A DNA stretch of 64,000 nucleotides from Lophium mytilinum. Lineage: Eukaryota. The translations under genes and the position numbers were made by a program. Below are positions 48,301 through 60,675 of this stretch, piece after piece. A model generated the notes under the pieces. It worked only from the letters and a program-made list of their open reading frames with translations. It did not search any database and was not told where the DNA came from. Where the stretch lies: assembly GCA_010093605.1 (NCBI GenBank), contig MU004186.1, positions 699,765 through 763,764 of the forward strand, given 5' to 3'. Every line of letters begins with the position of its first letter. The first letter of the stretch is position 1.

Positions 48301-49158
48301 ATGAGCTCGAAATTCAAGCCCGAAACCACCCACAAGGCCGACGCGACCGCCCTCCTCGACGACCGCGGCTACTCCGGCCTCCTCATTCGCGGCCAGAACC
48401 CCGCGCTCCTCTTCGAAAAGGCCGTGCGCGACCGCATCACGGAGTCCTACTACTGGAAGGAGCAGTGCTTCGGGCTCAATGCCGCCACACTATGCGACCG
48501 CGCCGCAGAGCTCACTGCCATCGGCGGGACATACGGCGGCGTGGGCAAGCCGACGCCGTTCCTATGCCTCGCGTTTAAGCTGCTGCAGCTCGTGCCCCAG
48601 CGCGAGGTCATACTCGAGTACCTGAACTTCCACGGGGATGAGGAGGGCGGGGAGGATGGAGACACAAACGGCGAGGGCGATGTCGAGGGTGGGGCGGTGC
48701 AGGATCCCCAGGCGTTGGGGAAGCGCGGGGAGTTCAAGTACCTGCGCGCGCTGGCGGCCTTCTATATCCGGCTTGCGTGGGAGCCGGTGGATATCTACAC
48801 GACGCTGGAGCCGTTGCTGGCGGATTTCCGGAAGCTGAGAAGGCGGACGAGGGAGGGGTTTGCGCTGACGTATGTGGATCAGTTTGTGGATGATCTGTTG
48901 ACGAAGGATCGGATTTGTGCGACGAGTTTGTGGAAGTTGCCGAGTCGGGCGAACTTGGAGGATCTGGAGATGCTGGAGCCGAGGGTTAGTCCGCTGGGGG
49001 ATGAGATTGAGGAGTTGGATCGGGATGATGAGGAAATAGAGGGTGGGAGTGATGGAGAGGTCGAAGAGAGGCGGAATGGAGAGCGGGATGGGTCGTCGGA
49101 GAAGTCGCGGAATGGGTTTATGAGGCGGTATTCCGACAGTGGGAGCGAGAATGATTGA
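48301..49158 (+). CDS. PRP38: Pre-mRNA splicing factor Prp38
   Basis: GQNPALLFEKAVRDRITESYYWKEQCFGLNAA, PTPFLCLAFKLLQL, FKYLRALAAFYIRL, LEPLLADFRKL, YVDQFVDDLL. Single exon. Confidence 0.96.
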   Translation: MSSKFKPETTHKADATALLDDRGYSGLLIRGQNPALLFEKAVRDRITESYYWKEQCFGLNAATLCDRAAELTAIGGTYGGVGKPTPFLCLAFKLLQLVPQREVILEYLNFHGDEEGGEDGDTNGEGDVEGGAVQDPQALGKRGEFKYLRALAAFYIRLAWEPVDIYTTLEPLLADFRKLRRRTREGFALTYVDQFVDDLLTKDRICATSLWKLPSRANLEDLEMLEPRVSPLGDEIEELDRDDEEIEGGSDGEVEERRNGERDGSSEKSRNGFMRRYSDSGSEND

Positions 49159-49719
49159 AGTCTGCGAGAAGCGAGGTACCTGTAAGATAGAAATGATACC
49201 CCGGACTGTGATGTCCATGGAAAGTCAAAGCAACCTGAATATGCTCACAATTTCAAAGAAAGTGACTGGCGTCAGGCTGGCTGACGAGATACTCCCTAAT
49301 AGTGTTAGTATCAGCTTCGTTGACGAATTTCATGGCTGCTTTCAGCAATAATCGGAGAGCAGCATATTATAGACATCAAGTCGCAGACACTTCCACAACC
49401 AAGAGCATAAAGGCAGTCCCATTAACAAAGGTTTGGACGCAAGGTGGACCACTCGTAGTGAAGAGCGTTGATATTTCTGACACTAGTCGACCCAACAGTC
49501 AATAAATACAAGACAACGAGTCCACGACAGATAGGAGATTTGAACCCATTCAATACCCACTTCGCCGACGCTGTGAAACCCTCACCGACAATCGGACATT
49601 CCCATCCACTCCTCTACCAGAACTCCAGTTATCGCACCTCCAATCCGCAGCCGTAGTCACTTTGACTGCCACATCGTACTTCTCAAACCACCTTTGACAG
49701 AACTTGTAGCACAAGGAGC

Positions 49720-50285
49720 TCACGACCCGTCCCCCCAGATTCCAACAACACCCATCGCGAACGCAATGCCGGACACAGCAGTCCTCACGCCCTCCGTGTA
49801 CCGCATCCCCTCTACAGCCTGCCGCACCTGCTCCCCATTGAGGTCCTCGGGTGTCTCGACATTCAGATCCGCAATGGACGCGCGGGATCTGCTGCCACCT
49901 GCCCGCTTGTCCTGGGCCGCAAGGGCAAGGTCGACGCCGGAACCAGAGGCGAGAGCGAGTAGGCTGGTGTAGAACAGATACGGATGCCGGGAGCTGCGGG
50001 GGGATAGGGCGTAGGCGGCGAAGAGCGAGATTAGGGCGGTGTTGCGGAGATAGGCCGTGACAGTCCGCGTGCGGGTAGAGAGATAAGTTAAGGCGTCCCG
50101 TGCATTGACGGCACTCGGGAGGTTAAATAGCGAAGGAAGGGTGAGGCTCGTCAGGGAGGCGGAGACGCCCTGGGAACTGTTAGCTGGTGGAATGCGGGGA
50201 GTGGCGGGAGAGCGGCGCGTACAGTGAGGAGTCCCAGGCTGATTGTGCCGACGAATTTGCAGATGGCGACGGTGGGGGACGCCAT
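49720..50285 (-). CDS. ATG33: Atg33/Scm4-family mitochondrial membrane protein
   Basis: MASPTVAICKFVGTISLGLLT|GVS...LPSA; SP...RHPYLFYT; NGEQVR; FAMGVVGIWGDG. One intron ~50171-50222. Confidence 0.8.
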
Positions 50286-50637
50286 GGTAGAGCTCGGGGT
50301 CTATCAAGCTAAATTGGAAGGCAGTGAGCCAGAATGCGATGGTGTCGTGGTGGTGTTGGAGTTGCGATGCTGTCGAGATGCTTCGACCAGCTCATCGTCC
50401 TAAAACCACTTATTCTGCGGCATTGGGTCATCGCAGCTCCCATTGGTGGAGCGGGCATTGGCCTGTGAAGGTCCCCAATTCCACGACAGTTTCGCATCTT
50501 GCTTGTCACTAGCAGCCTAGGGATCCAGTGAATACATTGAGCTCGCCATGACACACCGCGACGATGGCTTCACTAGCACTGCGATTCCCCAGCCTTTCAA
50601 GGTCCCCTCGTGCTGCCAGACTAATCTTCCATTCTGA

Positions 50638-50643
50638 CCTCGG
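50638..50643. promoter_or_regulatory. CCTCGG (FarA/CTF1-type fatty-acid response motif)
   Basis: CCTCGG about 210 bp upstream of the peroxisomal reductase ATG, with a second CCGAGG at 50841-50846. A hexamer, so weak on its own. Confidence 0.35.
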
Positions 50644-50849
50644 CACGAAACTCGCTGACCCTCATACACCGAGATGGCCGTCATGGCGTCGTACCGCGTA
50701 TCACTCGAGCTCCAACCGGCACTTCTCCAAGGCGTAAGCCATTGTTTCTACTTCTAATCACTTCCAACTTCACACCTTGTCTCATCACCTTTCCCAGTGC
50801 TGTCTCTCAACAAACTACGAGCAACGAGCCTTGGAGATCCCCGAGGACA

Positions 50850-51991
50850 ATGCCACTTCCGAAGAGCGAGTACCTCAGCGAGGTGTGGAAGGATGGGATC
50901 TTTAGTACGTTATATCCAGCCAAAAACCACCAAGCCTCTTCTTTAGAAGCTATACTAACACCCTCCCAGACAACAAAGTAGTCTTCTGCACCGGCGGCGC
51001 AGGCACCATCTGCTCCGCTCAAGTCCGCGCCCTCGTCCACCTCGGCGCCAACGCCTGCATCATCGGCCGTAATGTCGAAAAAACTGAGAACATGGCCAAA
51101 GACATTGCCACCGCGCGGCCTGGCGCGAAAGTAATCGGGCTTGGAGGCGTAGACGTGCGGAAACCAGAGGCGCTGAACGAAGCCGCGGCGAAATGTGTCA
51201 AAGAGCTTGGAAGCTTGGATTTCTGCATTGCGGGCGCGGCGGGAAACTTCCTGGCGCCGATGAACCAGATCTCGTCCAATGCGATGAGGTCCGTCATAGA
51301 GATCGACGTGCTCGGGTCGTACAATACCGTCAAGGCTACTCTGCCGTATCTAGTAGAATCAGCGGCGAAGCACAAGACTGATGGGAAGACTCGTGAGTAG
51401 CCATGTTTGCTTATGTGTGCGGAAGTGCTAATGACTGGTAACAGCACCACGAAATGGCACAGGCGGTCGGATCATATTCGTCAGCGCAACCCTACACTAC
51501 GCCGGTACTCCCCTCCAGAGCCACGTCTCTGTCGCGAAAGCCGGCGTCGATGCCATGGCACACGCAGTAGCTATTGAGCAGGGCCCTCGAGGCATAACGT
51601 CGAACGTCATTGCGCCTGGACCTATTGCTGACACCGAGGGCATGGCACGGCTATCAAAACACAGCAGTGCGAAGGATAGCATGAAGAAGGTGCCTTCGGG
51701 CAGATTCGGTACCGTCAAGGAGATTGCGGATGCCACTGTGTACTTGTTCTCGGATGCAGGGAACTTTGTGAATGGAGAGATTCTCGTTGGTCAGTCTACA
51801 TCTACTTCTCTACCTGATCGGCCATATGTTACTGCCAGAGATGACAACGCTAACACGATCGCCTGGCAGTTGACGGAGGCGCGTGGCATACAGCTTTCGG
51901 CGGCACTGAGGAATCATTCAAGTACCCAGACTTCTTGCTCACAGATGAGGTGGTTACGGGTGTTGCAGGCGGTAAAAAGTCCAAACTATGA
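50850..51991 (+). CDS. SPS19: Peroxisomal 2,4-dienoyl-CoA reductase
   Basis: WKDGIF|.NKVVFCTGGAGTICSAQVRALV, AGAAGNFLA, IDVLGSYNT, QSHVSVAKAGVD, PGPIADTEG. C-terminal PTS1 SKL*. Confidence 0.95.
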
Positions 51992-52139
51992 TAGGCTGGC
52001 ATTGACTAGTTACATATGGCTAGAGAAACAACCAAGACACTGCTTACTAAAACAAGTCCCACCGAGGTGCAGGCAATCCCACGATTCTGGCTGAGAAATA
52101 ATGAGCATTGAAGCTGTGAATGCAGCTGCTACTAATTTA

Positions 52140-52490
52140 GAGTAATAGGAGTAATAGGAGTAATAGGAGTAATAGGAGTAAAGGGAGTAATAGGAGTAAA
52201 GGGAGTAGAGTAAGTTAAGGGAGTAGGATAAGTAAAGGGAGTAAAGTAAGTAAAGGGAGTAAAGTAAGTAAAGGGAGTAAAGTAAGTAAAGTAAGTAATA
52301 GGAGTAAAGGGAGTAAAGTAAGTAAAGCAAGTAATAGGAGTAATAGGAGTAAAAGAAGTAAAGGGAGTAAAGAGAGTAAAGCAAGTAATGCGAGTAAGAC
52401 AAGTATTAGGAGTATTGGGAGTATTGGGAGTATTGGGAGTATTGGGAGTATTGGGAGTATTGGGAGTAAAGCGGGTTTTGGGAGTAATGG
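52140..52490. repeat. 9-bp-period tandem array (GAGTAATAG / GAGTAAAGG / AAGTAAAGT / GAGTATTGG)
   Basis: Directly visible. About 39 units, TpA-rich and nearly C-free on the + strand. Confidence 0.95.
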
Positions 52491-53375
52491 TGGTAGCATG
52501 CTACCTTTCGTCTCGAGCTCCGTGCTCAAGTGATTTAGCAATGCGATTACGGATTTGCAAAAGGCCTACCTAACACAAGAGTTTACGTATGGGGATGAGG
52601 ATTAAGAGATACCTACCTACACATCAAAAGCATATAGAACTGCAGAGATTTCCTTAGGGTCGATGAAGCTTCGAAAGGTACAAGTATCCATCAATATTCA
52701 AACTGGAGTGTATTGCTAAAAAGGCTGCGTGATAGACTGGGTAGAGTTCCAGGCTGCCTTGCGGGTGTGTAACCCTGCACGATGTACTGTACGTATGTAT
52801 GTACAACCTCAGTAACCTCGTCCAAAATGTCAGAAATTCGTGAGCGTATACGAAGTCCTCAATTGGTCTAGCCAGTAAGCCTCGATGGATGAAAGGAGAA
52901 TCTAAGAATCTCATATGCCGGTTCATGGTCCCATCCTCGTAGCTAGCCATCTTCATTGGTGAACTGACGTCGTGCCTCGCTCCAACACCATCACCCCGCA
53001 TCTTGGGTTCCACCCCCGCGGTCTCCAACCCCACAAAGGCGACCCTGCTGCCTATCAGAGTGCTAGCCATGTTGCCAATTCAAGTAGTCTTCCATCCTAG
53101 TGCTGGCGTACGGAATGCTTCCGTCTTCATGCAGCGCCAAGTTACGATTCTTGTACGCTGAGTCGTGAGAAGGACTGGCTCAGAGCGCGTCGCCGACGCG
53201 GGAGGTACTGCGCAGCTGGTGAGGGGGAGCTTCCTTAAACTTTAGGGTTAAAAGGCAACAAGTCCCCAATGCGCGACTTGTGTTTTCCTCTCCTCATTCT
53301 CAATTATTGTCAACTCCAAAGCTCAAATTTCGACTTCTTCATCTGTCTACCTTTCCTGATCATTCGCATCTCAAA

Positions 53376-54647
53376 ATGGGCGAGCCACATTTCGATATAC
53401 CGAAAGAATGCAAGGCCGGCGTTGTAGTGAACGAAGGTCCTGACTTCCACGTCGAGGTGCGGATGGTGCCAGTCCCAGAGATCAGTAAGGCCATTTTCGC
53501 TGTCCATATTTCGTGTCTGCACGTCAAATTCCTACGCTTTGAGTTCTCTCTTATTTCTCTGTGCCTTCTCAAACCTGCCGAGATCTGACCTGTCGCTACC
53601 TCCAGAGCCAAATGAAGTTCTCATCAAGCTCAATGCCACCGGCATCTGCCACTCCGACATCCACTTCATGGCCAGCGACTGGGAAATGCCCCCAATGTCC
53701 ACCTTCAACGTCCAATGCGCGGGCCACGAAGGCGCCGGCGTGATCGTAAAAGTTGGCGACGCCGTGCAATCGCTAAAAGTCGGCATGCGGGCCGGCCTCA
53801 AGGTAATCCCCTACCCTTCATTCCCTTCCCCTATCAAGCATCTCCTAACAGCCTATTCCTTTAGCCCATCCAAGACACCTGCGGTACCTGCAACCTCTGC
53901 CGCAGCGACAATGAATGCTACTGCGCCAAAGCCGTCTTCACCGGTCTCATGTGCGACGGCAGTTACAAGCAATACATTGTCTCACCCGAGCGTTACACGA
54001 CACTCATCCCAGACGGCGTCTCCGACTTCATCGCCGGCCCAATCATGTGCTCGGCCAGCACCATCTACACGTCGATCCGAGAAAGTGGCCTCCAGCCAGG
54101 CGACTGGGCCGTGTTCCCCGGCGCAGGCGGCGGCGTCGGCATACAAGGACTGCAGCTGGCAAAAGCCATGGGTCTCCGCCCTATCGCAGTCGACACGGGC
54201 GCGGACAAGAAGAAGCTCTGCCTCGAGATGGGGGCCGAGCACTTCATCGACTTCAAAGAGGAGAAGGACGTTGCCGCCAAGGCGGTCGAGCTGTGCGAAG
54301 GCGTCGGCGCGCACGCCGTGTTCGTCACGGCAGTGCAGACGTATCCGACCAGTCTGAAGTTCTTGGGCAGCCGGGTCGGCGGGAAGGTTATGTGCATTGG
54401 GCTGCCGCCGGCGGGTACTTGCCATATTGATGTCGAGCCGAATCAGATGTGCTTCCGGAAGTGGAGCGTGCAAGGGACTTTGGTGAGCAGCATGCGCGAT
54501 GTGGATAAGACGTTGGACTTTGCGCGGCGGGGGCTGTTGAAGCCGATTTATACGGTGTATCCCATGAGTAAGTTCGATGAGGCGGTGCAGAAGCTGAGGA
54601 AGGGTGAGATTGCGGGAAGAGCGGTTGTGGATTTCAACACCGACTAG
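53376..54647 (+). CDS. Zn-dependent alcohol dehydrogenase (MDR family)
   Basis: GICHSD, GHEGAG, structural-Zn C..C..C.......C, GPIMC, PGAGGGVG, GRAVVDF. Two introns. Confidence 0.95.
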
Positions 54648-55287
54648 GCTACGTGCTGGCTTCTGAACGTTGTTTGTGGAATGTATATAGATATGTTGAG
54701 GGGCTGGGAGTAAGAGTGAGATGAACGCGTAAAGAAATACCTATTATAGTATTGCCATTGAACCGAAGTCGATCACCTATTCGTGTAATCTAACGCTACC
54801 ACTTCGTCTAAGAATTTCTAGTGCTTTCACCACTCTGCGGTCAGCAACTTTGCGCTTTCCTTCTTGTTATTCAGTCCTCCTGAAAGCGGTATCGTCGATC
54901 TCCTTCAATGGTTCTTGGATCATTGGAGACATGCTAGGACACGCGTCATTGTATACTTTTTGACAATTTTGGGCTCTTGCTGTTACGAAGGGGGCACTTC
55001 TTTCATGCCCAGCGTAAGGGCCTACCTTTACATCTGCGCTCTACTCCGCCATCCCGAGCTTTAGACCGCTAGACCCACAGCATCCGGTGAGGCTGTGCTT
55101 AGGTAACAAAAGCTGTGTGCTAGGCTCCCCAATTATTTAAGAAGGAACCTGCACCACTACTTCTAATTTCCTATAGCGTTTCCCTTTCCAGTCTGTTTCA
55201 TCGTTTTCTAATTCGAATTTCTCGCCTCAAGCTTCACGCTCTCTTCGTCTTGTCAGCATCCCTCCAAAAGTCAAACCATCAATACCG

Positions 55288-56388
55288 ATGAAATGTATAA
55301 TTCCTTTTCGCATACGAGGACATCTTCAACCTGTCCTCAGTTCCCTCCATTCCTAAACCCGCACCTACGCAGCCGTTAGCAATGCTGCTCTTCCACCCTT
55401 CAATCCCATCAATCCCCCAACGGCCTGGAAACGGAACCTCGCCGAAAGCGCTCTCATTATCAAGCAACCGGACCTCATTGTAGAGCACGGCAGCCGCTAC
55501 ATCGACCTCGTCCCCGATGACTACCCCCCCTGGGATAAGGATACCACGCACAACCCCACCTGCGCAGAGCAACTCACCGCCGTCCTCTCCGGCCTAAGTG
55601 CTTGCACCGCCATCTCCGGCATCACACTCCACCTCTCCGACATCCTCACCGTTCCCATCGACCACAACCACCCCTCGTCCTCGTCCTCCCCCTCGAACAC
55701 CCCCATCATCCGCACCCCGAACACCATCCTCTCCACCCTCTCCATCCCCGCCCTCTGCACCTCCCTCGGCCGCTGGACCCTCCCCTCCCACCCCCGCATC
55801 TCCGTCACCGACCCCCAAACCCTCACCCTCCTCCATCACCTCCACACCTCCTCCGACATCCCCACCTTCCTCGCCCAAGTCGCCGCTAGCGGCGCCCCCC
55901 TACTCCAAGCCGGCGAATACACCGCCGACTTCTACTCCCGCGACCTGCGCCACGCGCGCCCGCCGCCCGAGTCCGACCCCTCCGTCCGCATCTCCCTAGG
56001 CCCGTACGGTGCGGGGACCGTCGCGCGCGCCGAGGCCGACGAGCTGAGCGTTGTGATCGCGGGAGACCTCGCTGCGAATACGGCGTTTTACGAGAGCGGG
56101 AAGGGCGTGTGGCAGGCTGGATTGTACGACGTGTACCGCAAGGAGCGGGGGCAGGTGGGATCGAGGTTGGAGACGGCGGCGGGGGAGCAGAGGATGGGGG
56201 CGGCGACGAGTGTGGTGATTAAGGGGATGCCGGAGGGGATGACGGGGGCGCAGTTGGAGGCGTTTAGGGCGCGGGTGGGGGAGATGATGGGGGTTGGGGA
56301 GGATGAGGAGGTGGTATTTGTGGGGAGTGTTGGGACGGTGAGGAAGAAGGTTGGGTGGGTGGGTGGAGAGGGGGAGAGGGGGGTTTGA
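55288..56388 (+). CDS. Hypothetical protein (~340 aa), mostly missed by the ORF track
   Basis: The frame is stop-free from ~55357 to TGA 56386-56388 (...PPFNPINPPTAWKRNLAES...DFYSRDLRH...FYESGKGVWQAGLYDVY...). A putative ATGAAAT first exon at 55288 and an intron ending at the CAG at ~55372 are the uncertain part. Confidence 0.6.
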
Positions 56389-56917
56389 GATGGGGGATGC
56401 TGTGGTGTGATGATATGTGGGTTTTGTAGGGTTACTGGTTTTATACCCCTCTGCTTGTTCGATATGTAGATAAGTCCACTCTTCTAAAAAGTCTACATTT
56501 GATGAGCTTCAACTGCGGCGATGGACTTATGGTCTACCACTGTAACTCCTCACAAAAAACCCTTGCAAAGGTGAGTCGAACGGCTCCCATCTTATTGCTT
56601 CACCATTTCACAAACCGAGAGGCACAGCAGAATTGCAATATCAGTATCTTTCATTGTCTGTCAAGTGGTATTCCTGCACGTAGCAAGCCGTATCCATGCC
56701 ATCATTCCTTGACCTAGAAACCACCTAAACAGCCCCAGAAAAGAAAAAGAAAATCACACCCAAGTTTTCTGATAGTGAAAAGAAGGAAGAAACAGTCCAT
56801 ACCTGTATCGTTCCCGGAAGAGAAGGCCAAGACCTTGCTCATCCTTCACAGACGAACCCAAATCATTGCAGTATCTGAAAGAGTACTGTCGTTGAAGCTG
56901 AAGGTTCCAATCCCGAC

Positions 56918-59145
56918 CTAATCGTCAAGGTGGATGCCGCTGTGGACATCGCAGGGGTCTGGGGCATAGACGATGGTAGTCGGCTCCCAGTCCTCGTCGT
57001 CCATGAGTTCTTTCTTGAAGACAAGTGCCTCGTAGACGCTGCTGAATCGAAACTCCACGAAATTGCGCTGTGGAGAGGTTAGCAAGACCATGCAAAGTCC
57101 AAACAGTCACACATACGCCTTTCTCTTTGCCAATCTTGATCTTGTCAAGTTTACGGTCCTTGCCCCTAGCGATGCGGGTCAAGGTGGGCATGCTCCAATC
57201 CTCCTCTGCGTCAAGCGCGCGGACGCAGCGAGTGACACCGCTCTCAACCATGCTGCTGAGAAGGTCGTTGGTGGAGTTAGGGCCCTCATCAGGTTCGGCA
57301 AGGATGAGGCGAGTTGAGCCGGCGACCTCGATTCCATTCGCAGTGTCAGCGAAGTACTTGTTGTACCCCTCCATCGTCATGAACTTGACCCAAGCGGTCG
57401 AGCTGTCAGCAGTCCTCTCAATACGCTCGATGCGCCCGCCCCAGATGTGAGCCTGGACCTGGTCCAGCTTCCAATCGGAGGGGATCCCCTTGAGGATAGC
57501 ACGACGATGTTGGGCCCCTGTAGAAGATAAGCACATGTCTTATTAAACAATCGTAGCTCTCCGCATGGTGCTGTGAAAGCGCCAAAAGTGTGGAGGGCTT
57601 ACGATTCTCGCGCTTCTGCTGGGAAGGCCAGGCGGCCATGTTGGCCGGAGCTATGTCTTGTTTCGGAGTCCAAATGCCAGAGGGTGCTGCAGACGCTGAC
57701 GTCTCGCCTCTCAGAGCAGCCTTCACAGGAGTAGACGGCTGAGCTCCAACAGTCGGCTTAGTCTGCACGACCGGCTTGGTGCTGATGGTTGGTTGGGTAG
57801 GGACGACTGGCTTGGTGTCAATCTTTGGCTGGGTGTCCACATCCGGCTGCGCCTTCGTCGAAAGATTCGTCATATTGATCTTGGGAGAAGAACCATTCTC
57901 GGTAGATGTCTCTCGAGTAGACGTGGCATCCTTTCGCGTTAACCAGAGCTTGTCCTCGGCAGCTTGGATTGCATTGTTCAAGTTGAAGATCTCGTCCTCG
58001 CTAGCACCCATAACTCCAAGAGACACAAGGCGTGCACAGAGATTCAAGTAGTTCCGGCCATTGCTAGTGAGGACGTTCTGGATGAGGGCTGCCGTAATAG
58101 GTTGTCCGGGATTGCAATCCAGTGAATTCAAGTAGTCGGCTATCGCTGTCACCATGGCCTTCCTGAACTGATCTGATTTGTAAAACGCAGCAGGTCGGGC
58201 AATCAGCTCCGTGCGTATGCGCTGGGCAGATTCATCAATTTCAGCTTTGGTGAACGGCTTGTGCTTGCCCTCGGAAAGGGAGTCGAGATGTGCAGCGACT
58301 TTGCCCTGTACCTGCTCGACGTCTTTCTTTGTCAACCCGATAACGTCATCATTGGAAGTGGCAGCTGCACCATTTGAGTCAATATAGTTCTTGTAAAGAG
58401 GCGCGTGTGAAACAGGGGCTGGAGGACCACCAGATTTCTTCTCAGTGGCTTGAGGACGATCTTGACTGCGCTCCCGGCTTGGTGTAATGCCCTGCAGCTT
58501 GGCAAACTTGGCAGCCAATTCATCATCCTCGTCGTCACTGGATGATTCAATCTTGATGGTGGGTTTCGTAGTTGGCTTGGTGCTAAGCATACCAGGAGTA
58601 TTCTTGTTGGCTGCAGCGATAGCTCCCGATGCCTGCTCCACCTTCGCTTCGACAGCCTTCACATTGAGAGCCGCTTTGAATTGCTCCGTGGCCTCCTTAG
58701 CCTCCTTCAGTGCGTCAGACGACTGGAGGTTCTCCTTGTTGATGTCGCTACCCTTGGGCTTGTCGCTATTCAGGACCATCTTCACGGTGGGTTTCTTGAC
58801 GAAGGTGGTTGTCGGAATTGGCTTGGGCTGGTTCAGGCTCTCTCCAAAGACGGACTGGCCACCAGGCATAGGGGCAGGAGCCGTAGGGCCACGAGCCGCC
58901 GGGCCAGTAGTGTTGCTACCTGGCCAAGGCCAGAGACCACCAGCATCCTTGACGACCGCTCTCGGGGTCTGCGGGCCGCTCCGAGCATCTTGGCCGGAGA
59001 AGGGAGCCCCGTTGTTGAAGGCGGCATTCTGAGCCGCGCGCACTGCGTGCTGAGCAGGACGAGAGGGCGGGTTTGTGATGCCAGAGGGCGCGCGCTGTTG
59101 TCCAGGGCCGTTGGCGGCCGGAGTGGCGTACTTGCTCTTGTGCAT
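56918..59145 (-). CDS. Protein with long low-complexity N-terminus and C-terminal degenerate tandem RRM-like domains
   Basis: RRAILKGIP...IWGGRIE...AWVKF; GVTRCVRA...; last exon FVEFRFSSVYEA...IVYAPDPC...DD*. Introns near 57520-57600 and 57069-57117. May have extra upstream exons. Confidence 0.7.
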
Positions 59146-60675
59146 CGCTGCTTCTGACGAGACAAATTAGAGATGAAAGAGGTGAGGCAGGTGACGGTAG
59201 GCTTACCTGGATGCTGCTCGTCTGGTGACGCGACGTGCGGTGGTAGGTGGAAGAGGGAGAGGCCGCGAGCGCGGGTTGAGGTGTTTTGTTGTTGGTCTGC
59301 GCGACGAAGCGAGGTTAGAGGGTGAAGTGCAGCAGCTTGCCCACCACGTGAAAGGCGGCAGGCCGGCTCGATAGTTGCCAGAGGGCACTCACCTTCGGCA
59401 GAGATATTGAACAGTACAAGTGAGGTGATGCAATCGTCCAGCTGGGTGTGGTAGGCGCGTGGCGGCTTGCTTTTTCTGTGATCGTGCGCTTGAGCTTCGG
59501 AAAAGGCGCGTCGAGGACCGGACACGCGCATCCCTAGCCGTACATTACAGGCCAAGCAGAAAAGTCGATTGCGGCCGAGGTAGGAGTTGGAGACTGGGAA
59601 AGGTAGGAGAGGGCGTCGAGGAGACGCGCGTGCGATGAAGAAGCTCGGCGGGTTGCCTGGGAGATGGCGGAGAAGGGGATTCAGGCCGGCAGGAACTTCA
59701 ACGCTCCTGAGCAACGCTCGACATGTATGCTTGCAGACGAATGTGCATCAACATCGCATCACGACACTGCAATGCGATGAAAGAAACGGAGACGGTTTTG
59801 CTGTTTTCTTTCTACGAAACGCATGCTGCTTCTCTACACTCCTGGCCCAAAGTTGAAGCGGAAAACTACCGCAAGCGCACACCGGAAAGAGACGAAGGGT
59901 GCAACAAATTCAAGAGACTTATGCCTTGTACCTACAGAAGGAATGCCCAGCTTGGGTGAGTCGTGTCATGTTCAGGCCCTCTGGCTAGTGACCTGGGCCT
60001 GCGCCAACTTCTTCATTTTCTTTAAGTCTTCGAGGCACTGTTACACCCACTGGCACTGAATTTAAATCTCTTCTATATCTTAGCTAGTCAATTTTCCACA
60101 GATAGATCTGCTCCAGACTCAGATTTTCCGCATGATAGGCGGAGGTATCATCAAGGCGCGTCATCGGTCATTGTCCAACAGAGTTAAACATCAAATGATG
60201 CCAAAGTCCATGTTGAGCGCGGATTGCCAACCTCGAGCCCGCATCACCACTACAGCACCTAGTTCAGCAACCATGAGAGACGCTGGCCGCACGTCGACAA
60301 AGGATGGGGTTTTCGGGCGGAGTGATGTTGAGGTTGACGTGTTATGTAAGGAGCTGAGCCATGGGCACAATACCCCGACTCCAGTCTAACGGCATATCGG
60401 TCAATTTGCGACAGCCATGTCGCTGCTATGCTCTGATTCGACCGGAGGGCTCCGTGCGTCTCGGTCCTCTGGCCACTTGATGCACGGTTAAGGCAGATTC
60501 GGCAGAGTCGGTTATTTGGCTACGGCGCGTTTCATTCGTGCCCAGCCTGCGATCACCGCAAGTCCAGGGTCCGGAAGACTGGTTCACTGCACTGCCTCGC
60601 CCACCACCACGTCCGCATCTTACGCCCATGCGGTATTAATACATTTTCTTCCTCCTCCTACCTGCGTGCGCTCGT

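Noticed and set aside
52010..52541. Low-complexity ORFs (YSL/LLP repeats) on the minus strand
   Set aside because: Artefacts of the 9-bp array; no independent coding evidence.
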